Positions 38,968-49,371 of a DNA stretch of 64,000 bases are shown in pieces. Both the position numbers and the translations under genes were made by a program. The DNA comes from Spirochaetota bacterium (GTDB taxonomy: Bacteria > Spirochaetota > UBA4802 > UBA5550). The notes under the pieces are model-generated. The model made no database searches. It was not told the DNA's origin and worked only from the letters and a program-made list of their open reading frames with translations. The stretch is taken from NCBI GenBank assembly GCA_016928865.1, contig JAFGJX010000070.1, positions 12,139-76,138 of the forward strand, in the 5' to 3' direction. Position 1 is the stretch's first letter, and the number at the start of each line of letters is the position of its first letter.

Positions 38968-39804
38968 CTATTTGTGGTTTGACAGTGTCACGGTAATACG
39001 ATTGATAATGGTGCCGCTGATGTCCTTAATCGCGAATTGAATGCGGCCCTCTTTGATCGTCTCTCCCTTCTTCGGGATCTTCCCGAACAGGTCAAGCACA
39101 TATCCTCCGATGGTGTCAAATTCATCCTGAGAAAGGTCGAGGCCAAGGGTTTCATTGAAGTCGGCGATAGTCATGCGGGAATCTACTTCGTAGGTATTCT
39201 TTGACAGCTTCTCAATTTCGGGAAGTTCGACGGTGTCATACTCATCGCGTATATCGCCGACGATTTCCTCGAGGATATCCTCGAGCGTAACGAGCCCGCT
39301 GATGCCGCCATATTCATCGACCACAACGGCAAGGTGCAGGTTGCGCTTCTTGAATTCCAGAAGAAGTTCATCCAGCGTCATTGTTTCCGGCACGAAGTAT
39401 GTCTCGTGCAATATTTTTTTAAGTTGAAATTTCCTTCTTGATGGATCAATCAGGAGCTTGAGCAAATCCTTTACGTAAAGAATCCCGACAATGTTGTCAA
39501 TAGTGTCTTTGTAAACGGGAACCCGCGAATGGCCCGCTTTGCACATGGTCTTGACAAGGGGCTTTAATTCAGTCTCCGAATCAACGGCAAAGACGTCCAC
39601 CCGGGGAATCATAATGTCACGCGCATTGAGTTCGGGAAGTTTTATAATCCCGCGAATCATATCCTTGCGGATGACGTCCAGCTTCTCGTAATCGCATGAT
39701 TCGAGCGGGTCTTTTCTTTTTCTGGTAAACTTTTTTTTCAAGCTGTTAAATAGTGTAGTTTTTTTTTCTGGTCGATCGCCTGAAGCGGAATTATCTGATA
39801 TCAT
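38968..39804 (-). CDS. CBS/CorC-HlyC domain protein (CorC/YbeX-like)
   Basis: IMIPR, HSRVPVY, VVDEYGG, TLEDILEEIVG, TIGG. Confidence 0.88.
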   Translation of the reverse strand: MISDNSASGDRPEKKTTLFNSLKKKFTRKRKDPLESCDYEKLDVIRKDMIRGIIKLPELNARDIMIPRVDVFAVDSETELKPLVKTMCKAGHSRVPVYKDTIDNIVGILYVKDLLKLLIDPSRRKFQLKKILHETYFVPETMTLDELLLEFKKRNLHLAVVVDEYGGISGLVTLEDILEEIVGDIRDEYDTVELPEIEKLSKNTYEVDSRMTIADFNETLGLDLSQDEFDTIGGYVLDLFGKIPKKGETIKEGRIQFAIKDISGTIINRITVTLSNHK

Positions 39805-40096
39805 TCTGATGTGGATATTACCTTCCTGTACATTGCTGATATTAAACAGTATCATCACCCGTAATTTGTCAACAGTATTTTTTATGCGGGTAATCGCCGT
39901 CCAATGAGCATTCGTTGCGTATAATAAAATTTATGATAGTACACGGAAAGCCCGGATGGGCCTATTAATCTTCGTTTTTTATAAACATTAACAATTTGTC
40001 TGTAAAAAAAGGAAAAAATGTAGTTTACAGCTAATATCCTATCTGTGATTTGATTTTATCATATGGATACTAAAGCCGCTAGCAAGGATAGAGTGA

Positions 40097-40900
40097 ATGA
40101 AGCAATTTTTTGAAAACGAGCCGGTTATTTTTTCAACTGGAGGGGGGACACCGGGCCGTTTACAGGACACAATCCAGAACATGAACCAAGCCATCTCGCT
40201 TGGCGCAGACGTGCTCCGTTCGAACGTGGCAATGACGGCTGATAAAAAAATCATCCTGTATTCAGATGACGTTTTCAAAAACCAGCAGATGTTAAAATCC
40301 GGATTCGTTTCTCTGTCCTTAACCGCTCTGAGGGGAATGCATAAGCAATTCATGAGTGAAAACGCCGATGATGATGAATGTGAAGATGCTGACGGAATAT
40401 TCCCCGAGCTTGCGGATGTTCTCTCCGCCTATCCTGGTCAAAGGTTCAACCTGAATTTCCCCGATCCGTCGGCTGAAACGGTTGAAACTGCCGCTGTAAT
40501 TATCTCAGAACTCAATGCGGATCAGCTGATACTGGCATCATCGATGCATGGCAGGTTGATAAAAAAGATTCGGAGTCTGCTGCCGGAAACACCAACGACA
40601 TTTTCGTTCCCGGGAATCGTTGGCTTCTACGCCCTGTATCGTTCAGGATTTTTGTATTTCTTCAAAAAGTTCGCTGCCGATGCCCTTGTCATACATGAGA
40701 TGATTGGCGCATCGTTCATTGGAAGCCAGGGTTTGATTGGCGAAGCAAAAAAACGTGGAATGCGTGTATATATGCTCAATGTGAACGCAGAGGATCAGAC
40801 ACGACGCTTTCAGGATGCAGGTGCGGACGGCTATGTTACCGGCTCTATAGAAATGGTTTTACAGGCGCTGGGCCAATCCCGTTTCGAAAGCCGGGGCTGA
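40097..40900 (+). CDS. Degenerate glycerophosphodiester phosphodiesterase-like protein
   Basis: GDPD layout (A...GAD, MTAD, PELADVL, GADG) without the catalytic His residues. Confidence 0.6.
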   Translation: MKQFFENEPVIFSTGGGTPGRLQDTIQNMNQAISLGADVLRSNVAMTADKKIILYSDDVFKNQQMLKSGFVSLSLTALRGMHKQFMSENADDDECEDADGIFPELADVLSAYPGQRFNLNFPDPSAETVETAAVIISELNADQLILASSMHGRLIKKIRSLLPETPTTFSFPGIVGFYALYRSGFLYFFKKFAADALVIHEMIGASFIGSQGLIGEAKKRGMRVYMLNVNAEDQTRRFQDAGADGYVTGSIEMVLQALGQSRFESRG

Positions 40901-40942
40901 TTCAATCGTTATTTCATTCTTCAATCAAGGAGAATATCTTCA

Positions 40943-42535
40943 ATGCAAAAAATCCTTTTAATAAATCCTCCTTACCCGATGGAGGAATCACCTTCTCCTC
41001 CATTCGGACTCATGTCTCTTGCGGCATATCTTATTGAAAATAATTTTGATGTGATCATTGAAGATTATATTGTAAATCCGTATTCGCCTCAGAGGATAAA
41101 AAAGGTAATAAAGGATTTTAAACCTGGCATAATAGGCGCGACAGGCGTCACCATGAACATCAACAGGGCGCTTGAGATCCTTGGAGAATGCAGGCGTGAA
41201 TCCCCGGAATCGGCTATTGTCATGGGAGGACCGCATGTTACCTTCGATGCCCAGAACATCCTTGCGGAGAATGAGTTCGTTGACTTTGTCGTGCGGGGCG
41301 AGGGTGAAATAACATCGGTGGAGTTGTTCTCGAACCTTGGCGAGCCCGGGGTCTATCGCGGAATCGACGGAATATCGTACCGTGAGAATGGATCGGTAAC
41401 TCATAATCCGATGAGAGACTTTATCCCCGATATCAATATCCTTCCGTATCCCGCCCGCCATCTCGTGCAGCTGAGCAAATACCGCGCTCTCAATTTTCCG
41501 CTGAATATGGTAACCTCGCGCGGATGTCCATTCGAGTGCATCTTTTGCGTCGGTTCGAAGATGGTGGGACGGCGCGTAAGATATTTTGATGTGAGGCGCG
41601 TCGTGGACGAATTCGAAATGCTGTCAACAATCGGCACCCGGCAGATTAACATCGTGGACGATCTTTTCACCTCTCATAAAAAACGCTGCACCGCTATCTG
41701 CGAGGAGATAATCGGGCGCGGATTGAAGCAGGACTGGACCGCGTTTGCCCGTGTTGACACGGTGTCTACCGATCTGCTTGAAATTATGAAATCCGCCGGC
41801 TGCACAACGCTCTGCTTTGGAATAGAAAGCGGCAACCAGGAGATTCTGGACCGTGTAAAGAAAAAGATCACCCTGGACAAAATCGAGAATGCAATTGAAA
41901 TGTGCAAACGAGCCGGTATCATGCCCATGGCGTCCTACATAATGGGGCTTCCCGGAGAAACGCCTGAAACCGTTCAACAAACAATGGATTTTGCGAAGAA
42001 GCTCTGCAGCAGTTACGGATATCACATTCTTGCTCCCTTCCCGGGTACGGAAGTGAGGGAAAAGTCTGATGAATACGGAATGCGCATACTGACAAACAAC
42101 TGGGACAAATACGACGCCAATCAGTCGGTCTGTGAATCAATATTCCTGGCGCACGAAGAAGTCGATCGTATCGTAAATGATTTCAACGGGGGAATTAACC
42201 GAATGATCATGGGCGAGCTCAAAAAATACGAACGCGGGGAGAGCCTTTCGCCCGGAAGTCTCTCCATGGTTAAAAATATCATTTCATTCGATTTCAACAT
42301 GAAATTGATAAACGATGAGCTCGTTGAGCGCTATGAGCAACATGAAGGGGAGGGAAAATTTTTCGAAACTTTCGTTGAATTTGTCGCTTCAAATCTTGGC
42401 ATAGAAAAGGAAGCGGTAACAACCGAAGTGAGGCGGCTCATCGAAATGGGATGTCTCACCAGCGGTGAAGGAAGCCGCGGGCGGCTTTCATGGTCTTCCA
42501 TCCAGGGCCCCATACCGGAACAAAAGCCGGCATGA
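40943..42535 (+). CDS. B12-binding radical SAM protein (putative class B methyltransferase)
   Basis: LLINPP, GGPHVT, GEGE, SRGCPFECIFC, GIESG, GLPGET, PFPGT. Confidence 0.9.
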   Translation: MQKILLINPPYPMEESPSPPFGLMSLAAYLIENNFDVIIEDYIVNPYSPQRIKKVIKDFKPGIIGATGVTMNINRALEILGECRRESPESAIVMGGPHVTFDAQNILAENEFVDFVVRGEGEITSVELFSNLGEPGVYRGIDGISYRENGSVTHNPMRDFIPDINILPYPARHLVQLSKYRALNFPLNMVTSRGCPFECIFCVGSKMVGRRVRYFDVRRVVDEFEMLSTIGTRQINIVDDLFTSHKKRCTAICEEIIGRGLKQDWTAFARVDTVSTDLLEIMKSAGCTTLCFGIESGNQEILDRVKKKITLDKIENAIEMCKRAGIMPMASYIMGLPGETPETVQQTMDFAKKLCSSYGYHILAPFPGTEVREKSDEYGMRILTNNWDKYDANQSVCESIFLAHEEVDRIVNDFNGGINRMIMGELKKYERGESLSPGSLSMVKNIISFDFNMKLINDELVERYEQHEGEGKFFETFVEFVASNLGIEKEAVTTEVRRLIEMGCLTSGEGSRGRLSWSSIQGPIPEQKPA

Positions 42536-43444
42536 TCATATTCGCACCCCCAGCATCGCATAATAACGCAGGCTTTGAAAAAACTGATCGCGATAAAATA
42601 TGATGTAATAATCAACCCCGATGTCAAGGCTGAGCGCGAATAGAAAATTCAACTCTATCGCGACACCGGCCCTGGCGTATGGATCGAGCGTCAGTATTTG
42701 ACCATCTATCGGCAACTTGAATTTCAGCTTCGTATATTCCTGCTTTGAATATGATACACCGCCACCAAATCTGAAATAGAAATTCAGGGGGATATTCAAT
42801 TGTGTCTTGATAAACAGCGCCGGTCCTGCGAGGATATTTGTGAGTTTTGACCTGAAGTCAATCGAGTTGTTGCCGGCATAATTGCAATAACTGCCTTCAA
42901 GCTCTATGCCCATGAAACGAAGAAAATTTTTCGGGGAGATGTACCTGGAGTTGCCGAAATGAAACCCTATTGAACCCATATAATTGAGGTGCGTCAGATC
43001 AAACGACGTGTTTTTGTACTGGGTGCTCCATGGCGGCAGCAGCATGTTGTATGATGCGCCCGCTCTTATCTTCAACCCGACCCCGGCCGCATAATCATTC
43101 GTGAAAAACCTGGATTTGACGGATTTGCGTATCTCGAAAACGTCCCACTCGGTCCAGAAGCTTATTTTTTGAAACTTGTTGATAGCGCCGATGCGTATCC
43201 TGTATTTTCCCGGGGGCAGAAGAAAATCGATAAAGCTGGTTTCAACCGTCCTGTCAACGAGCAGGGTATCAGCTTCATCCTTTATCTGCACGTTGAATTT
43301 GACAATCCCTTCAATTGTCGCCCATTTGATGCGCAACGATTTTTCTTTTTTATCATTCTCCTGCGCATGGGCAATAGTACCCGACCATGAGAACAATGCA
43401 AAGATAATAACTGCCGCATTAATTGTGCTACATATCTTCATCAT
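42536..43444 (-). CDS. Secreted protein, FN3-like module plus putative outer-membrane beta-barrel
   Basis: Signal peptide, YRIRIGAIN...W module, alternating aromatic strands ending LGVRI. Confidence 0.6.
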   Translation of the reverse strand: MMKICSTINAAVIIFALFSWSGTIAHAQENDKKEKSLRIKWATIEGIVKFNVQIKDEADTLLVDRTVETSFIDFLLPPGKYRIRIGAINKFQKISFWTEWDVFEIRKSVKSRFFTNDYAAGVGLKIRAGASYNMLLPPWSTQYKNTSFDLTHLNYMGSIGFHFGNSRYISPKNFLRFMGIELEGSYCNYAGNNSIDFRSKLTNILAGPALFIKTQLNIPLNFYFRFGGGVSYSKQEYTKLKFKLPIDGQILTLDPYARAGVAIELNFLFALSLDIGVDYYIIFYRDQFFQSLRYYAMLGVRI

Positions 43445-43446
43445 GG

Positions 43447-45597
43447 CTACTCTGTGTGCATAATGTTAGGGGTATTGAGGTTTATGTCCCCCTTAATATC
43501 AAGGTTAATGTTAAATCCCATTTTTATCTCTTCACTCGATCTTCTGACACGATTGGTTGCTGGATCGATATCGACCGCCTGAAGCGTCCAGAGAAATTTG
43601 CCGACATCAAGTTTTGACAGGTCGCTGAAAACATAATAATTATTCCTTGTCTCAAGATTGGCTATCGAGTACTGCATCAGGCCCTTGACCTGATAAATGC
43701 CAATGCGGTAATATTTCGCGCCTTTAACGGGCTTCCAGTAGAAATTGAGGGTCTCTTTCTTTAGCATCTCCACAGAAGAGCCCGCGAGTGGCGATATGGG
43801 CACGGGTTTTTCCAGTACATTCATTATCTCGAATGAATGAGTGGGGCTGGAGACAAGAACCTCCTTACGGTCATCAAGAAGGGCAACACGCCAAAAATAA
43901 CGTCCTTCCCTGATATCCGGAATTTCAGCAGAAAGATCGGGAACTGATGTCTCTTTGAGTATCTTGCCGAATGATTTTTCAGTTGAGAGCTGGAGACGGT
44001 ATGTTCCCTCAAGTTCCGTTTTTGACCATGAAAAATCAACACGCGATAGCCTTTCGACATTTTTATTTATGATGACTTCCCTGTCCTGCGGCTCTATGAG
44101 GCTAATTGTTCCTGTCCTGACAACCTTGAATCGACGTATGCTTGAATAATCTGTCATTGAACCGTCCTTCATAACGCCCCTCAGGCCCCAGTAGTAATCA
44201 CCTTCGGCAAGTCTGCCATTGTAAGTAACATTGTTCATACCGACTTTATTGGTAAATATAATGTTTTTCAGATCACTGTCTTTTGCAAGGAATATTTCTG
44301 TTTCCTTGACCAGGGGAGCGTTGATCCAGTTGAACGTGAGTCCTTTCTGCACGATTATCATTGGATGGACAGTTTTGGATTCAGGCGGGTATACCGGAAC
44401 AGGAGGCTCAATCTTTTCGGTCCTTGTCACAATGAAGCTGAAAACAGAAGATTCGGCCGTGCCTGTTATCCGTTCGGCATCGTTCATGTTGGCTACTTTC
44501 CAGAAATATTTACCCTGTCCCAGGTTGTTTAAAGCAATTCTGTTGCCTTCTACGACGGTATTGACGAGGGGAGCGGACATATCTGCCGATGCGGAAACAA
44601 GGAGCTTGTAACGCGATATTGATTCATTTTTTGACCAGAGAAAGTCTATCATCGGGTTTTCATCGCGGAAACGTATCTCATCTTTATTGGCTGGCGATAT
44701 GAGCACAACCGGCCTGTTATTGAAGATTGTCACCCTGCGTATTTCGCTCGATTCAATCTTGCCCGTGTCTTTGTTAACGGCATTGACGCGCCAGAAGTAG
44801 ACGCCGTCGGCAAGGGGTATTCTTTTCTTTGATCCCCTGACTTTATCTGCTATAATCGGTTCTGTTACAGCAGGATTGTTCGCGATCTCGAGAGAAGTAT
44901 CGTATTTGCCATCCAGCGGTTCCCATGAAAAATCCACTGCGGTTTGCCTGCCCCCGGAATCCACGTACGCGTCGCTCTCGGGAGAGATTAGCCTGATGGT
45001 AAGATCGAACAGGCGCACACTCTCCTTTTCCGCGATTATATTCTGGTTTTCGTTGATTAGCTTTTCTTCTTTTCCGGTATTGAGAACCGCGGTACCGCGG
45101 TTAACCGTCATCTGGAGGCGATCGCCCCAATCCTGGGAAATGCTCACGTCGCCGTTTTTCAGTGACACGCTGGAATCGCCAGATTCAATGATGACCTTTC
45201 TTGCGGTGTCAGACACCGAAGTGCTCTGCTTCGCGTTCATGGTGCCCTGGATAAACTTTATATCTACTTCGTCCTCGGTAAGCGCAAGAAGGATCATGCT
45301 ATTTTCGTTGAGGGTTATTTCCGTGCCGTCATCCAGGCGGATGGTGGTCTCCGATTGATCGGCGGTACGAACGGTGTCATAATTGTAGAGTACGGAATCC
45401 TTGTAGACTTCTCCCCAGACGACACGGCTGGAATACTTTCGCTCTGTTGTGTTTCTCGCCGCCGTTATCTTTCCGATTTTTTTCGTGTTGCCTGGACCGG
45501 AGGCAGCCGTTATATCGGCATAGAGAAGATACCCGAGACCGGCAATAAGGGACAGACCGAGTATGATGATAAAAAAATCACTTTTCGATAATCTCAT
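43447..45597 (-). CDS. FecR-domain protein with repeated Ig/FN3-like modules
   Basis: N-terminal TM; DTVRTADQS...DDGTEITLNENS FecR signature; repeated LISP...FSW...YFWRV. Confidence 0.82.
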   Translation of the reverse strand: MRLSKSDFFIIILGLSLIAGLGYLLYADITAASGPGNTKKIGKITAARNTTERKYSSRVVWGEVYKDSVLYNYDTVRTADQSETTIRLDDGTEITLNENSMILLALTEDEVDIKFIQGTMNAKQSTSVSDTARKVIIESGDSSVSLKNGDVSISQDWGDRLQMTVNRGTAVLNTGKEEKLINENQNIIAEKESVRLFDLTIRLISPESDAYVDSGGRQTAVDFSWEPLDGKYDTSLEIANNPAVTEPIIADKVRGSKKRIPLADGVYFWRVNAVNKDTGKIESSEIRRVTIFNNRPVVLISPANKDEIRFRDENPMIDFLWSKNESISRYKLLVSASADMSAPLVNTVVEGNRIALNNLGQGKYFWKVANMNDAERITGTAESSVFSFIVTRTEKIEPPVPVYPPESKTVHPMIIVQKGLTFNWINAPLVKETEIFLAKDSDLKNIIFTNKVGMNNVTYNGRLAEGDYYWGLRGVMKDGSMTDYSSIRRFKVVRTGTISLIEPQDREVIINKNVERLSRVDFSWSKTELEGTYRLQLSTEKSFGKILKETSVPDLSAEIPDIREGRYFWRVALLDDRKEVLVSSPTHSFEIMNVLEKPVPISPLAGSSVEMLKKETLNFYWKPVKGAKYYRIGIYQVKGLMQYSIANLETRNNYYVFSDLSKLDVGKFLWTLQAVDIDPATNRVRRSSEEIKMGFNINLDIKGDINLNTPNIMHTE

Positions 45598-48178
45598 ACT
45601 TTTCTTCGCCGCGATTAATCATTTCGTCAAGCGCCTCTTCAGATATATCCTTAACTTCGATCCCGATGAGGGCCTGGAGTTCAGGCAGGGTTTTCGGCCG
45701 TGAAGGGTCGTCCATGCGGCCGAGCACCGCGTATATCTGCTGCGGTTCAATCTTTCCCTTAACGCGGATCTGTTTCATCTTCTCAACTGCAAAAATATTT
45801 CTTATCAGTTTATATGTGTCTTCGCTTATGAGGATATCGGTCCCGAACGGCTTGTTGAGGGCTTCAATGCGCGAAGCGAGATTGACCGGGTCGCCTATCA
45901 CGGTATACTCCATGCGGTCTTCAGATCCGATCTGCCCGGCCAGGACCTCGCCAGTGTTGATGCCACAGCCGATACGAATATACGGCTTTCGCGGACCGCC
46001 CCGTTCGCGGTTGAATTCTATCAGTTCCTTCCGCATCATGAGAGCGCCATTGATCGCGTTTTCCGTGTCGTTGCCCTTTGATATCGGCGTTCCCCATACC
46101 GCCATTATCGCGTCACCGATGAACTTGTCTACCACGCCTCCGGATTTTTCAACGCACGCGACCATTTTTGTCATATACGCATTCAGGAACTCGACAACCT
46201 CCTCCGGCTCGAGTTTTTCCGATATCGCGGTAAAGGCTCGTATATCGGAAAAGAGAATGGTAACGGTCTTCCGCTCGCCGCCGAGACGAAGCTCGCCGTG
46301 CAGCGCTGCTTCAGCAATCTCCTTGTTGACAAATTTACCAAATGCGGACTTGATCTTTTCCCTTTCTTCAAGACCCTTTCCCATCTCAATAAAGGTGCTG
46401 GTAAGCTCGCCGATCTCGTCTTTCGAGGTGGGCGCTATATCAACCCTGTACTGGCCCTCGATGATTTTCTTGGTCGCGCCGACAAGGCGGATTATCGGAT
46501 TGGTTATAGTCTTTCCAAAAAAGAATATAATCATTATCGCCGCGATCAGGATCATGGCGGTTATAAGGATGTTCCGAAACTGAATATCGTAAACGGCCTG
46601 GAATGCCTTGCTTTCCTCTGCTGCGGCGATTATTCCAAACCCGCCGGTATCGATTTTTTTGAAAGAGCCGAGGTAATAGATGCCGCTTTCATCGCGATAC
46701 CGCGTCTGTCCGTTGTCTGCTTTACTCTTCATCATCATGGCACAGATGGGAACCGAGGCCATATTCGTTGATGACTTGACAAGATTCTTATCCGGGTGGG
46801 CGATCACATCACCCTTGTAGTTCACCATGTATATAGTAGTAATTCCTTTAACGGTAAAGGTTTTAAGAATATTATCAAGCCGCACGTAGCTGACCATGAC
46901 TGAATTGACTGTTCCGTCCAGACCCTTTTCATGGGGATATGAAATTACAAAGACCGGGCTGTTGAGAAGCTGAGACGCATTGTTTATTGCCGTCACGCCG
47001 GAAAATGACTGATCGTATATTTCCCGATATGACTCATGAGAGGCGGCGAGGTCATTGCGGGACACGATGTACTTGTTCATCAGAGGCGCATTGTAAAAGG
47101 TCCGTATGAATTGCGATTGCCCGGTTTTCCGGTCTTTGACCAGTATGCCGGAGAAAAACAATTCCTGACTGCCGCTTGTAATCAGGTTCTCATATCCGGT
47201 GAGGCTTTGATCCTTCTCTTTGAGCATGACAGAGCCGATGAGCTGGTATTTCTCAATCTCGGATTTTATCTTCAGAGCGATGACTTCGGATATCTGCAAA
47301 TTGCTTTCCTGGATCCGCACCAGGTTGTCATTCTTAAAAAAATAGCTGGCAAGGAAAATCATTCCCGTCAGAGAAGCCATAATAATTATCGATATGATCG
47401 ATATTAATTTAAACCGGATGGACCGGTAGAAGGGGCCCTTGCCGATAACCGGAATAACGTTCTTATATTCCCCTTTATCGGATTTTTGCGCGGCAGCTTC
47501 GGCAGTGTCAACGCGTGATTTTTTCTCTGAATCAATATGTTTGCGTTCGTTCTGTTTCGCTTTCAGTGCGGGAAGCGGTGTAACAGAAATATCAGTCGCT
47601 ATTGCGGCGCCTGATCCGCCAGGGACGGCTTTTTCATATACGGAGGGATTAGCTATTTTTATAGCGTTACGTATCTGCGCGTTTTTGGCGACAGGGAGGG
47701 TGTGGCGCGCAGCAAAACGCTCCAGCACCTGCAGGTACAGGTTCATTTCCGAAGAATCCCTCTTTATATTCCGTACTGATGCAACGGCTTCAGGAACGGA
47801 TTTGCCTTTATAAATATGATAGCATGCCAAAAACGGGAGAGTAAACTTAGTACGGTATGATATAAGAAGGCATGCGCCGCTGTTAAGGGCGTTGTCAAAG
47901 TCAACAATGGCGCCTTTCAATATGTCAATATGCTGTAGATCATCAGGATTAAAATACAGGCTGAGGACCCTGATCCCGGCCCTGCTGAAATTATTAATAA
48001 TTGATAGATATGCCTGTGAATCAACCGGCTCAGAAGAAATTATGATCGTTGTTTTAATTTTGTTTTGTTTGAAGAGTTTTATCTTTTCTTTAGAAAAGTA
48101 ATCGAATAATTGTTTCTGTGAGATGTTGTCAGACAGAAATTCTATGAAGATCTTGTTATTAGTCATGTTCTTTTTCAT
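45578..48178 (-). CDS. Class III adenylate cyclase with Cache-like periplasmic and HAMP domains
   Basis: 2 TMs, DEIGEL HAMP, LFSDIRAFT, DKFIGDA, YTVIGDPVNLASRIE. Confidence 0.9.
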   Translation of the reverse strand: MKKNMTNNKIFIEFLSDNISQKQLFDYFSKEKIKLFKQNKIKTTIIISSEPVDSQAYLSIINNFSRAGIRVLSLYFNPDDLQHIDILKGAIVDFDNALNSGACLLISYRTKFTLPFLACYHIYKGKSVPEAVASVRNIKRDSSEMNLYLQVLERFAARHTLPVAKNAQIRNAIKIANPSVYEKAVPGGSGAAIATDISVTPLPALKAKQNERKHIDSEKKSRVDTAEAAAQKSDKGEYKNVIPVIGKGPFYRSIRFKLISIISIIIMASLTGMIFLASYFFKNDNLVRIQESNLQISEVIALKIKSEIEKYQLIGSVMLKEKDQSLTGYENLITSGSQELFFSGILVKDRKTGQSQFIRTFYNAPLMNKYIVSRNDLAASHESYREIYDQSFSGVTAINNASQLLNSPVFVISYPHEKGLDGTVNSVMVSYVRLDNILKTFTVKGITTIYMVNYKGDVIAHPDKNLVKSSTNMASVPICAMMMKSKADNGQTRYRDESGIYYLGSFKKIDTGGFGIIAAAEESKAFQAVYDIQFRNILITAMILIAAIMIIFFFGKTITNPIIRLVGATKKIIEGQYRVDIAPTSKDEIGELTSTFIEMGKGLEEREKIKSAFGKFVNKEIAEAALHGELRLGGERKTVTILFSDIRAFTAISEKLEPEEVVEFLNAYMTKMVACVEKSGGVVDKFIGDAIMAVWGTPISKGNDTENAINGALMMRKELIEFNRERGGPRKPYIRIGCGINTGEVLAGQIGSEDRMEYTVIGDPVNLASRIEALNKPFGTDILISEDTYKLIRNIFAVEKMKQIRVKGKIEPQQIYAVLGRMDDPSRPKTLPELQALIGIEVKDISEEALDEMINRGEEKYEIIEK

Positions 48179-48619
48179 TCCAATAATTAAAATACTAATT
48201 TTAGCTGAATTTAAAGCACTTTTTATGAATAATAAAGTAAAAAATTAAAATTAATAAATATTTATTAAATAATGAATAGTAAAAAATACTGGGTTATTGT
48301 GTATTATATTAAATACAATATTGTTATGTCTTCTTATAATATAATCGGCATATCACATATATTCCTTTTACAATATTGGCAGTTATAAATATTAATTTGA
48401 ATATATAGGCGCCCAGGGAAATCGGCGAGGGATGACTCGCTAAAAGATTATGAGCGAGGTGGCCAGGAGAATAGACTGGTAATAGTATTGACACCAGCTC
48501 GAGTAATATGCTATATATCTGTGGCAAAGTACAGTCTTGAGCTGTTGCGTTAACCCAGAGGTTGTCAGGATCGTATTCGATATTAGAAAATCAGTTGCTC
48601 GTGCAAAACATGATCTGCC

Positions 48620-49270
48620 ATGACATTGGATGAAGCGATAAATCAGAAAAAAAAGATACGGATCCTTGCCTATTCTGTCAGCGATTATGTCGAACATCGC
48701 ATGAAGGAGGTTCTTGCTCTTATATTCAACAAGTATAACAGGCCAGACCTGGTGCCTCCGGTATACACCTGCCTCAAGGAGCTTCTTATAAATGCCGTCA
48801 AGGCAAATTTTAAAAATATTTATTTTGAGGGATACACCCCGAAAAATGATTCTGAAAGCATCATCGATTACGAGCTTGCACTGAAATTATTCAAGCTTGA
48901 ACTGAGCAGGGAAAATGCGCAGCATCTTGAACGACTTGCACGAAAGCTGGACATGAGGGCGGAAGTGGTCATACAGCACGGGGACCAGTGTCTTCACATC
49001 AGCGTCACAAATCCTGTCGGCATGACGGAGCGAGAAAAAAACAACGTGGATTACAAGCTTGCATGTGCGAGCAGATATAACGATATTTCGGAATATTTCG
49101 CTGAAAACGAAGAAGATGTAAATACAGATGTTGATGAGGGCGCCGGACTGGGAATAATACTGATATCCATGATGCTGAAAAACATGGGCGCTACGGCCCA
49201 GGATTTCGTGATAACTTCCGAGAATAAAAGGACAACTGCAACGCTCAAGGTTCCTATCATGCCCCGGTAA
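48620..49270 (+). CDS. Histidine-kinase-like ATPase (GHKL/RsbW-like) protein
   Basis: KELLINAVKAN N-box, GAGLG G-box, no phosphoacceptor domain. Confidence 0.6.
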   Translation: MTLDEAINQKKKIRILAYSVSDYVEHRMKEVLALIFNKYNRPDLVPPVYTCLKELLINAVKANFKNIYFEGYTPKNDSESIIDYELALKLFKLELSRENAQHLERLARKLDMRAEVVIQHGDQCLHISVTNPVGMTEREKNNVDYKLACASRYNDISEYFAENEEDVNTDVDEGAGLGIILISMMLKNMGATAQDFVITSENKRTTATLKVPIMPR

Positions 49271-49371
49271 TGGCAGGAGTGATTAAATATCGTTTTTTTT
49301 AAAAAAATTCTTGTCATTTTTGTTCTTGTATTAATTTATATTGTCATTCTAACTTTACAAGAAGGTCGTGC

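Noticed and set aside
48520-48565. Possible c-di-GMP-I riboswitch (GGCAAA followed by a stem)
   Set aside because: Lacks the GNRA loop and GACGCAAA-type consensus; would need an Rfam hit
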